Shown: positions 35,946 to 45,476 of the stretch, in pieces | Position numbering within the stretch: position 1 is the stretch's first letter | How the letters are laid out: each line of letters starts with the position of its first letter | Origin: an uncultured delta proteobacterium | Lineage (GTDB): Bacteria > Desulfobacterota > Binatia > DP-6 | Assembly: GCA_963815115.1 (NCBI GenBank) | Contig: CAWFFN010000009.1 | Coordinates: forward strand, 1,376,001 to 1,440,000 | Direction: 5' to 3' | Length of the DNA stretch: 64,000 nucleotides | Program-made: the position numbers and the translations under genes | The notes under the pieces: generated by a model | What the model saw: only the letters and a program-made list of their open reading frames with translations | The model's database searches: none | Told to the model about the DNA's origin: nothing

Positions 35946-38492
35946 GTGCGCCTCCGGCTGCCCCTGGCAATCGCGAGCGTAGTCCTCGCCGCGGCCGGTG
36001 CTCTCGCGGGCTCCGCCGGCGAGGTCACCATTCTTCGCGATCGCTGGGGCGTGCCGCACATCTTCGAGAGCGGTCGCGGCGCGAGCGACCGCTCCGCCTA
36101 TGCCAACGGCTATGCCCAGGCGGAGGATCGCCTCTTCGAGATGGACATCCTGCGACGAGCCGGCAGCGGTCGCCTCGCCGAGGCGCTCGGTCCGAGCTAC
36201 CTCTTGATGGACGAGGTGGTGCGGCGCGATGGCTACACCGCCACGGAACGCCGCCGGTTGTTCGGACGCCTCGCGGCACGCGATCGGCGCGCGCTCGAGG
36301 CCTATCGCGACGGCGTGAACGCGTTCATCGCGGAGGCAGCCGCCGACCCGAAGCGCCTCCCCATCGAGTTCGGCGGGATCGTTCCTACCCCGTGGACGAT
36401 CGAGGACTCGGTGGCGGCGGCGGTGCTCGAGCTGCTCGTCGAGGGAGCGAACGGCGGCCAGGAGGTGCTGCAGGCCGATCTGCTGCTCGATCTCCTCGCC
36501 CGCTTTCCGGAGGCCGAGGCGCGCGGAATCTTCGACGACCTCCTGTGGAGCGACGAGCCCGCGGCGCCGACGACGATCGCCGCCGCCGACGCGCCCTCGC
36601 GGCGCGCCAACCGTGATCGCATCGAGCGCTTCGCCGCCGCCCAGCTCGATCTCGTGCGGACCCACGCGGCGGCCATCCGGCGGGCGGCCGCCTCGCTGCG
36701 GCAGGAGCAGGGTCTCATGGGCGGTCTCGGCGGCCAGCCGCCGTTCCCGCTCGGGCTGCACCGTCACGCGAGCAACGCCATCGTGGTGAGCCCGGCGTTC
36801 TCGGCGACCGGCCATCCCATCCTGCTCGGCGGCCCGCAGACCGGGCTCGACGTGCCCAGCTTCTTCTGGGAGGTCGGCCTCCACGACGGCTCCTACGAGG
36901 CCGAGGGGGTGATCGCGCCGGCGGGGCCCGGCGTGCTGATCGGGCGCGGGCGGAACTTCGCGCTGACGCTGACCTCCGGCATCGACGACGCGGTCGACAC
37001 CTACGTCGAGATCCTCGACCCGCAGGATCCCGCGCGCTACCGCTTCAAGGGACGGTGGAAGCGCTTCGAGCGCCGCGTGGAGACGTTCAAGGTCGCCGGC
37101 CAGAGCGACGTCACGCTCGAGGTGCTGCGCAGCGTCCACGGGCCCGTCTTCTTCGTCGATCGCGACGGCGGCCTCGCCTTCAGCCGCCGGGCGGCCTTCC
37201 GCGGTCACGAGCTCGAGTCGGCTGCCGCGCTGCTCGGCCTGGGTCGCGTTCGCAGCCTCCGTGACTTCCGCCGCCTGGCCGATGGCATGTCGATGTCGTT
37301 CAACTTCCACTACGCCGACACGGCCGGGAACATCGCCTACTTCCATCGTGGCCGCCTTCCGCGCCGCCCGCCGCGCACCGATCCCCGCCTGCCGCTCGAC
37401 GGCGGCGGCGCGATGGAGTGGCGCGGCATCGACGTACCCGCCCGCCTGCCGGCCGTGGTCAATCCGCGACGCGGCTTCATCGCCAACTGGAACAACAAGC
37501 CCGTGGCGGACTGGTCCGCGGGCGAGCAGCGCGAGCTGTGGGGCGTCGCGGACCGGGTGCAGGGCCTCAGCGACGCGCTCGACTCCGCCCGCGCCGCCGG
37601 CAAGAAGGTTTCCGTCGACGACGTCAAGGAGCTCATGCGTCACGCCGCGGGGTCCGACGTCTTCGCCGTCCGGATCGCGCCGTTCCTCGAGGACGCGGTG
37701 GCGTCACTGCCCGCCGTCCCGGAGAACGATGCGCTCCGCGAAGCGGTCGGACGGGTGCGCGCGTGGGTGGACGCGGGCGCATCGCTCGCAGCGGTGCCCG
37801 ACGGCCACGGCGTGGTGCCGCTTCCCGGCGCCGCCATCTATACCGCCGTTCGCACCGCGGCCCAGACGGCGATCTTCGGCGACGAGCTCGGGAGCGCGTT
37901 CCGCGCGATGTACTTCCCGGACGTGCTCGTCGGCGACCAGGAGGACGACCACGGATCGTTCGGGACGCCGGACGCGCTCTTCCTGCGGGTGCTCCTCGCC
38001 GCCGGTCCGGTGGCGGGAGGACCGCCGGCGGACGGCGTGCTCCCGGTGTCGCGCGACTACTTCGCCGACGCCGGCACCGGCGCGGCGCACAGCCGCGCCG
38101 ACGTGCTCGCGGGCGCGTTGCGCGCCGCGCTCGCGACCCTGGGGTCCCGCTTCGGCACCGCCGACCAGTCGCGCTGGCAGCTCCCGGCGCTGCGCGAGAC
38201 CTACCGCGATCTCGGGATCGTCTCGGCCGTCTTCGGACCCACCGAGATGGAGCGGGAGAATCGCGGCTCGTTCAATCTCGTGGTCGATCTCGGTGCGCCG
38301 GTGCGCGGCGAGATCGTCGTCCCGCCGGGCGAATCGGGCACCGTCACGGCGTCGGACGTCGACGAGCCCCCGCACCTGCGCGATCAGCTGCCACTCTACG
38401 AGTCGTTCGGCTACCGGCGGCAGCCGTTCGCGCCCGGGGAGCTCGAGCCGCCGGTGACCGCGAAGACGATCCGGGTCGTCCGCGCGCGCTGA
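35946..38492 (+). CDS. Penicillin acylase family (S45 Ntn-hydrolase), secreted
   Basis: RDRWGVPHI, GYAQAEDRLF, ASNA (beta-chain Ser nucleophile), RSVHGPV, YADTAGNIAY and NWNNKP motifs. Confidence 0.93.
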   Translation: MRLRLPLAIASVVLAAAGALAGSAGEVTILRDRWGVPHIFESGRGASDRSAYANGYAQAEDRLFEMDILRRAGSGRLAEALGPSYLLMDEVVRRDGYTATERRRLFGRLAARDRRALEAYRDGVNAFIAEAAADPKRLPIEFGGIVPTPWTIEDSVAAAVLELLVEGANGGQEVLQADLLLDLLARFPEAEARGIFDDLLWSDEPAAPTTIAAADAPSRRANRDRIERFAAAQLDLVRTHAAAIRRAAASLRQEQGLMGGLGGQPPFPLGLHRHASNAIVVSPAFSATGHPILLGGPQTGLDVPSFFWEVGLHDGSYEAEGVIAPAGPGVLIGRGRNFALTLTSGIDDAVDTYVEILDPQDPARYRFKGRWKRFERRVETFKVAGQSDVTLEVLRSVHGPVFFVDRDGGLAFSRRAAFRGHELESAAALLGLGRVRSLRDFRRLADGMSMSFNFHYADTAGNIAYFHRGRLPRRPPRTDPRLPLDGGGAMEWRGIDVPARLPAVVNPRRGFIANWNNKPVADWSAGEQRELWGVADRVQGLSDALDSARAAGKKVSVDDVKELMRHAAGSDVFAVRIAPFLEDAVASLPAVPENDALREAVGRVRAWVDAGASLAAVPDGHGVVPLPGAAIYTAVRTAAQTAIFGDELGSAFRAMYFPDVLVGDQEDDHGSFGTPDALFLRVLLAAGPVAGGPPADGVLPVSRDYFADAGTGAAHSRADVLAGALRAALATLGSRFGTADQSRWQLPALRETYRDLGIVSAVFGPTEMERENRGSFNLVVDLGAPVRGEIVVPPGESGTVTASDVDEPPHLRDQLPLYESFGYRRQPFAPGELEPPVTAKTIRVVRAR

Positions 38493-38563
38493 CGCAGCGA
38501 CCTCGATCGGGCCGTGGACGTGCGGGCTGGTGTGCCCGCCGGTCGCTTGCTAGAGGACGGGCC

Positions 38564-39421
38564 GTGGACGACGTCCTCGTGACGAGCCAGATGTGTCGCC
38601 CGGCACGGCTTGCGGGACTGGTCGACCATCTGTGGAACAGCACCGGGATCATCCCGGACCGCCGCGAACGCGTGCTGCCCACGGGCACCTTCGAGCTCGT
38701 GCTCGCGCTCGGCGAGCGCCATCGTCTGGTCGGCCCCGGAGGGACTTCCGTCCTGCCGGTCGCGTCGTTCGGCGGCCTCCAGGCCCGCCCGTTCGTGCTC
38801 GAGCACCCGGATCGGTGCGACACGCTGGGGATCGTGCTCCGGCCGGCCGGTGCCTATGCGCTCCTGGGCCGGCCCCTGTCGGAAATCAGCGGCCTGATGC
38901 TGGACGGCCGCGACGTGGTCGGGAGCGGCGTGGAGGAGCTCGTCGAGCGCTGCGCCGGCAGCCCCAGATCCCGAGATCGCTTCACGCTGATCGGGCGCTG
39001 GCTGATGGAACGCTTCGCCCGCGCCCAGGTGCCCGATCGAGCCGTCGCGTGGATGGCGGCGGAGATCGAGCGAAGCGGAGGGGAGCGTCGGGTCGGAGCG
39101 CTCCAGAAGGAGACCGGCCTCTCGAAGGCTCGCGTCATCGACCGGTTCCGCGAGCAGATCGGAGCGCGACCGAAGCTCTACGCGCGCCTCGTCCGCTTCC
39201 GCCGCGTCCTCGACCGCTTGCAGGCGGGGCACGTCGCACTCACCGACGTCGCCCTCGAGGCGGGCTACTACGACCAGGCGCACATGAACGCGGAGTTTCG
39301 CGAGTTCGCGGGCATGTCGCCGACGGCGTTCATCCGAGCCCTGTACCGGGGGGGCGCCGGGAACACGGCGCGCGAGCCGTCCGGTCCGAGCGCCGCGCGC
39401 GAATCGATCGACGCGGTGTGA
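38564..39421 (+). CDS. AraC family transcriptional regulator
   Basis: ERVLPTGTFEL at the N-terminus, then FREQIGARPKLYARLVRF and AGYYDQAHMNAEFREFAGMSP. Confidence 0.9.
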   Translation: MDDVLVTSQMCRPARLAGLVDHLWNSTGIIPDRRERVLPTGTFELVLALGERHRLVGPGGTSVLPVASFGGLQARPFVLEHPDRCDTLGIVLRPAGAYALLGRPLSEISGLMLDGRDVVGSGVEELVERCAGSPRSRDRFTLIGRWLMERFARAQVPDRAVAWMAAEIERSGGERRVGALQKETGLSKARVIDRFREQIGARPKLYARLVRFRRVLDRLQAGHVALTDVALEAGYYDQAHMNAEFREFAGMSPTAFIRALYRGGAGNTAREPSGPSAARESIDAV

Positions 39422-39437
39422 CGCCGGCGCCCTGCGC

Positions 39438-40112
39438 TCACGAGCCGGGCGCCGGACGTTCGCGCACGGCCGACGCCGAGCGGGCGAGCAGCTCGGGAAC
39501 ACGCTCGGGGTCGAGGGGGTCGCGACCGTCGAGCGCCAGCTCGAGGTGCTCGATCCGGTCGTTGCCCCAGAACAGCCGGTCTCCCCCGAGCATCGTCGGC
39601 ACCCCGAACACCCCGCGCGCGATGGCGTCGCCGGTGTGCCGGCGAAGCGCTTCCTTGGCGGCCGGCTCGCTCGCGCGCGCGACCAGCCCGCGCCCGTCGA
39701 GGCCGCGGCCATCGAGCGCCAGCGCGATCGCGTCGGCCGATCCGAGATCGATCCCGCTGGCCCAGCCGGCCGACCAGAGCGCGTCGACCACGTCCCCCTG
39801 GCGGTCGCCGGCGACCTCCGGCAGCGCCACCCGGAGTGCGGTCACGGGATTGAAGGGGTGGTGCGCCGGGAAGGTGAAGGGGACGCCCTGCAGCGCCGCG
39901 ATACGCAGGCAATCCATCACCAGCCACCCGCGCTTCGCCGGTATCTCCGCCGGCCCGCGCTGACCGCCATGGTTCAGCAGCGCGGCAAAGAGCACGGGAT
40001 GCAGCGTGAGTCCGATGCCTCGTCGCTGACAGAGCGCGCGTACCCGGGGCCACGCCAGGTACGAGTACGGCGAGATGAAGTCGAAGAAGAACTCGACCCG
40101 CGCGGTAGCCAC
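39438..40112 (-). CDS. 2-hydroxychromene-2-carboxylate isomerase / DsbA (GST-kappa) family
   Basis: FFFDFISPYSYL, HPFNP, RGVFGVPT and FWGNDR motifs. Confidence 0.92.
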   Translation of the reverse strand: MATARVEFFFDFISPYSYLAWPRVRALCQRRGIGLTLHPVLFAALLNHGGQRGPAEIPAKRGWLVMDCLRIAALQGVPFTFPAHHPFNPVTALRVALPEVAGDRQGDVVDALWSAGWASGIDLGSADAIALALDGRGLDGRGLVARASEPAAKEALRRHTGDAIARGVFGVPTMLGGDRLFWGNDRIEHLELALDGRDPLDPERVPELLARSASAVRERPAPGS

Positions 40113-40218
40113 CGCACAGAGTCTAGAGCAAGGCGCTCGAGCCCGCCATGCGGGATGACGAGCGCCGGAGATAATTGCCTATTGACCGCTCCGGAGCCTG
40201 CGTGGGAGGTATGCTGGC

Positions 40219-41887
40219 ATGGCCGAGCTGGCGGCGAACGAGCTGCTCCCGCTCTCCGCGCCCGCCGCGGGACGGCCGCTCCGCGTCGTGCTCGTGACGT
40301 TCTACAACTACGAGTCGCACGCGATCAGGATCTTTCATCCTCTCCTTCGCCGGCGCGGGCACGACGTCCACTCGATCTTCTTCAAGAACTACTTCACCTA
40401 CCAGGTTCCGACCTCGACCGAGGAGGACATGGTCGTCGACCTGGTCTCGCGGCTGCGGCCCGACGTCGTCGGGATGAGCGTGTGGTCGACCTACTTCCGT
40501 CTCGCGGGGCGGCTGACCGATCGCATCAAGGCGGCGGTCGACCCGGTGGTGGTGTGGGGGGGCATCCATCCCCAGACCCGTCCGCTGGACTGCCTCGAGC
40601 ACGCCGACGTCGCCTGCATGGGCGAGGGTGAGCACGTGCTCGCCGAGCTCACCGACCGCGTCGGGCTCGACGAGCCCTGGGACGATCTGCACGGCTGCTG
40701 GGTCAGGACCGCCGACGGCGTCCGGCGCAATCCGCCGCGCATGCTCATCCCGGATCTCGACGTGCTGCCTCCCGCCGATCTCTCGCCGGACAACAAGTAC
40801 TATCTCGGCGTGAACGCCTGGCGCGACGTCGAGCGCTGGAACGAGCTGGCCCTGTTCTACGACGTCATGGGATGTCGCGGCTGCCCGTTCGAGTGCACGT
40901 TCTGCATCCACAACTTCACCCGGACGGCGACGAAGGGCCTCGGCACCTACCTGCGCCGCCGCAGCGTCGATCACGTCATCGCGGAGCTGCGCGAGGCTCG
41001 CCGCCTGCGCCCGCGCTTGCGAGCCGTCGCCTTCAGCGACGACATCTTCGCGCCGCCCCGGCCGTGGCTGGAGGAGTTCTGCGCGCGCTACAAGGCGGAG
41101 ATCGGCCTGCCCTTCATCATCTACTCCTTTCCGGGGATGGTCGACGAGCAGCGGACCAGGCTGCTGAGCGAAGCCGGCCTCTGGTCGTCCACGATGGGCA
41201 TCCAGTCGGGCTCCGAGCGCATCCGCAAGGAGTGCTACGAGCGCGAGACGTCGGACGAGGAGATCATCCGCGCCTGCGAGATCCTCGAGCGACACGGCGT
41301 CGAGCGGAATCTCGACTTCATCGGTGACAATCCGTACGAGACCGAGGCCGACCACCGCGCAACGGTGGACCTGCTCTGCCGCCTGCCCAAGCCGTTCTAC
41401 TTCAACTACTTCTCGCTGACGTACTTTCCCGGCGTCGACCTCACCGAGCGCGCCTTGAAGGACGGTCACATCGCTGCGGACGACGTCGAGGACGTGGCCC
41501 AGAAGGGATATCACTTCTACGGCGGTGCCCTGATGAACGTGCGCACGCCGGAGCAGTTGCGTTGGGACGTCGCGTACACCTTCGCGGTCCACGGCGTGCC
41601 GCGCGCGGTGATACATCGATTGCTCGACTCGATGCTCTTCATGCGGCGGATCGACATGTTCGCGCAGATGGCACGTGCGCTGCGCGCCACCGTCCGCCGC
41701 AAGGCGCATCTGGTCGAGCGGCTGACGGGACGTCCGGACGTCCTCGATCTCCTGATCGCCAAACACCAATCGCGATCAGACCTTCGGCGAAGACCTCTGC
41801 ATCCAGCCCAACATCGACAGCTCGCCGTTCAGCCAGCCGCCGTCCCGCCGGCCTCGCGTGGTGGCGGCCGGGGCACCCGGCTCGTAG
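40219..41887 (+). CDS. Cobalamin-binding radical SAM protein (frameshift near 41762)
   Basis: B12 domain (PDVVGMS, WGGIHP, GEGE), RGCPFECTFC, FSDDIF and GIQSGSERI. Removing an extra A at about 41762 gives a stop at 41885-41887. Confidence 0.88.
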
Positions 41888-42272
41888 CGACCGCCGGACT
41901 GCCCTCGGCCCGGGCGCGCGATGCGGCGCCCCGGAAGAGAAGACGCGGGCGAAGGCCGCGATCCGGGTACCCTCCGACCTTCGTCGCACGCCCGCTGGCA
42001 GGGATTTCTCACCCATCAGTCGTAGCCGTCGTGCACGATCGCGCTACTCTCGCTCGAGTGGGGCCAGCCCGCGCGTTCACCCGGGCTCTTCCCTCACTTC
42101 ACCGTTGACCTGAGGGCGGTGCTCCGCGTACGTCATGGGTCTGATGCGGCACGCGTCTCCTCTCGTCGGCTCGATGATGGGCTCACGCTGGTCGCACCGC
42201 TCCTCATCGCTGTAGCGCGAGGTGTCCGACCTACTCCGTGTGCAAGCGGTGAGCGAGCAAGGGGGTTCCGGA

Positions 42273-44973
42273 ATGTTCGGATGGACGAAGCCTCTGAGGA
42301 TGCGAGCCCGCAGCAGGTCTCGAGCAACGAGTCTCCGCGCGGCGCTGGTCGTCGCCCTGCTCGGCTCCATCGGGTGGTCGGTGCCGGCGTTCGCGCAATG
42401 CGGCGGAACGCAGCTGTGCGCTCCGGGCGCTGGCGACTGCAGGATATCCGCGGACTGTACGATCACCATTCCGGACGCCGGGCTGACCATCGACCTCGGC
42501 GCCCGCAAGCTGGTGATCACGAAGACCCTCACGGTCGCGGGACCGGCAGGCGCGAGCCTCGCCATCAACGCCGGGAGCTTCCTCCTCGACGGAGGCACCA
42601 TCGCCGCGCCCGGCGCCGACGGCGTTGCGGGCAACTTGACGATCAATCTCACCGCCGACGCCACGGTGCAGAACAACGGCCTCATCGACGTCAGCGCCGC
42701 GATCTCCGGGGGTTCGGTCGACATCGAAGCGCTCGGCGGCAACATGAACTTCGCGGGACGCATCAAGGCCAATGCCACGACGCGTGCAGGCGACGGCGGA
42801 GAAATCACGCTGTTCGGTCTCGGCAACCTCACGGCAAGCGGTTCGATGGACGCCTCCGCGGGCGACATGGGGTTCGGGGGCAGCATCGACCTGACCTCCG
42901 AGAACGGCTTCACGAGCGTGAGCAACGTGCTGAACGCCGCGGGGGGACGGCGGCGACGTCAGCGTCTTCGCGGGCACCACGCTCAACCTCCCGGCGTCCG
43001 CGACGATGATGGTGAACGCCAACGGCGACGCGGGCAGCGGCGGTGAGATCGACCTGGAGTCCGGCGGCGACATGGTCGTCAACGCGGACTCGGACGGCAC
43101 GGGCTCGCCGGCCGCCAGCAGTCAGGACATGCAGGCCGGAGGCGACGGCGCCGACGTCAGCATGACGTCCGACACCGGCAGCATCACCTTGAACGGCAAG
43201 ATCGACGCCAGCGGCGCGGCCGGTGGCACGGGCGGCAACATCGACCTGGAGGCGACCGTCAACCTCAACTACTCGAAGCAGCTGTTCGCCATGTCGACGG
43301 GCGACGGAGCCTTCGGCGGCGACGTGAACCTCTTCGCGGGCGGCAACCTGACGATGCCGCAGCAGGTGAACACGAACGGCGGGACCGGGAGCGGCGGTAC
43401 CGTCGAGGCCACGGCCGGCGAGCTGCTGACGGTGTCCGCGCAGGTGATCACCGACGGCACGCAGGGCGGAGGCGCCACGCTCCTCTACGGGTGCACGGTG
43501 AACATCACGCCGTCGGGCCTGCTCTCCGCGCTCGGTCCCGGCGGTTCGTTCGCGGGGACCAACACCATCCAGGCCAGCTCCACGATGACCATCAACGGGA
43601 CGCTCAAGGCGGGCGTGCAGAACCTGCTCCAGTACAGGATGGCGCCCGCGCCGACGATCGGATCGAAGGCCGTCGTCCAGCCCGCGGCGACGATCCAGCT
43701 CACCCCGTCGCTCCCCTGCTGCGTCAACTGCCCGGTCACGACCACGACCACGACCACCAGCACGACGTCCACCTCGTCGGTCACGACCACGACCAAGACC
43801 ACCACGACCGGACCCGGGACCACCACCACGACGCTCGGGGCGACCTGCGGCGATCACGTGGTGAACGGCAACGAGCAGTGCGACGGCGGCGACTGCTGCT
43901 CCGCGACGTGCACCTTCCAAGCGCCGGGAAGCCCGTGCACGAGCGACAACAACGCCTGCACCTCGGACGTATGCAACGCGACCGGCACCTGCACGCACCC
44001 CGCCGGCAACGCCAACGCCGTGTGCCGGACCGCCAGCGGCCAGTGCGACGCGCCCGAGAGCTGCAACGGCACGTCGCCCAACTGTCCGCCCGACATCGCG
44101 GCGACCGCGGGCACGCCGTGCCGGCCGTCTGCCGGGATGTGCGACGTCGCCGAGACCTGCGACGGGACGTCGAAGTCCTGTCCGGCGGATGCGAAGCGAA
44201 CCGACGAGTGCCGTCCGGCGAACGGAGCATGCGACGTGGCCGAGAACTGCGACGGCGTGAACAACGCATGCCCGCCCGACGTGAAGAAGCCGAACGGGAC
44301 GGACTGCTCGCCCGATGCCTGCACGACCGGGGCGGTCTGCGCCGGCGGCACCTGCTCGGGCGGCACGCAGGTCACGTGCCCGTCCTGCGAGTCCTGTGAT
44401 CCCAGCGACGGAGCGTGCGTGGTGCAGCCGCGATCGAGCTGCACCCTGCCGGTGAAGTCGGGCAAGGCCGCCTTCCAGGTGAAGAAGTCCTCGAAGGGAG
44501 CCAAGGGCGACCAGGTGGTGTGGAAGTGGGTGACCGGCGGCGCGACCACGACCGGTGAGTTCGGCAATCCGCTCGCCAGCGATGGTGTGACGTTGTGTGT
44601 CTACGACCGCTCGCAGGCCACGCCGAGCCTGCTCTTCAGCGCCGACGTCGCGGCGGGGGGAACGTGCGACACCAAGCCCTGCTGGAAGGCCAACAAGGAC
44701 AAGGGATTCAGCTTCGCGAGCAAGACCGGCGACACCACGGGCGGGGTGGTCAACCTGAAGCTCGTGTCAGGGGAAGCCGGCAAGGCGAAGATCCAGGTGA
44801 AGGGGAAGGGTACGGCGCTCTCGGGGCGGCCGTTCGGGATCCCGCAGCCGCCGCTCGACGTGCCCATCACGGTGCAGCTGCAGTCGGAGAGCGGCGCGTG
44901 CTGGGAGGCCCACTTCTCGCAAGCCGGCCTCGACAAGAACGACGACCAGCAGTTCAGCGGCAAGGCAGACTGA
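42273..44973 (+). CDS. Large secreted protein: Gly-rich beta-helix-like N-domain, Thr linker, Cys-rich/disintegrin-like repeats, conserved C-terminal domain (frameshift near 42945)
   Basis: Signal peptide ending PAFA, GGxIDL repeats, and three CRxxxGxCDxxExCxG..xCPxD repeats. The two ORFs join across a G homopolymer. Confidence 0.8.
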
Positions 44974-44984
44974 CGATGTGAAGG

Positions 44985-45017
44985 CGACGCGGGCCGGCAG
45001 ACCGCCGGCCCGCGTCG
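44985..45017. terminator. GC-rich hairpin between convergent genes
   Basis: CGACGCGGGCCGGC-agacc-GCCGGCCCGCGTCG, a 14-bp perfect stem with no U-tract. Confidence 0.6.
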
Positions 45018-45018
45018 A

Positions 45019-45270
45019 TCACTGCGACTCGCACTGGCTGGTGCAGCCCGCGTACGCGTCGTGGCAGCTCTGGTCGCACTGGCGGTAGAGATACGATTCC
45101 TGCTGCCGCCCGGAATCCCGCTCCACCTGACAGTCCTGCTTGCAGGACCGGAGGGTGATGCTGCAGTTCTGCTTGCACTTCTGCTTCACCTCGTCCTTCG
45201 CCCATCCGGACCTGGGCAGCGCCAGGCTGGCGGCAAGGACGAGCATGCAGGCGATTCGGCGTCTGCTCAT
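45019..45270 (-). CDS. Small secreted Cys-rich helical protein
   Basis: Signal peptide, then CxxxC...CxxxC and CxxxC...CxxxC (8 Cys). GAGG RBS. Confidence 0.7.
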   Translation of the reverse strand: MSRRRIACMLVLAASLALPRSGWAKDEVKQKCKQNCSITLRSCKQDCQVERDSGRQQESYLYRQCDQSCHDAYAGCTSQCESQ

Positions 45271-45476
45271 GGCGCCGCCTCTCTAGCGCCCCGATCCCGT
45301 TCTGCACAAGGCGACGGATCGGCGCCGCACTGACCCCTGCCCGATGGCGGGACGACGGTCGGGCCCTGCCGCCCCCTCACGGTCGATCTGCCGCGCCGGA
45401 TGGAGGTCGAGTGATTGCCATTCGTCTGGGCGTCCCACCCGGCACGATTGCCATATTGCCAACTTGACAAGGAGAT

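Noticed and set aside
41890-42270. Possible riboswitch upstream of the large secreted protein
   Set aside because: No recognisable cobalamin, c-di-GMP, TPP or SAM consensus by eye. An Infernal/Rfam scan would be needed.
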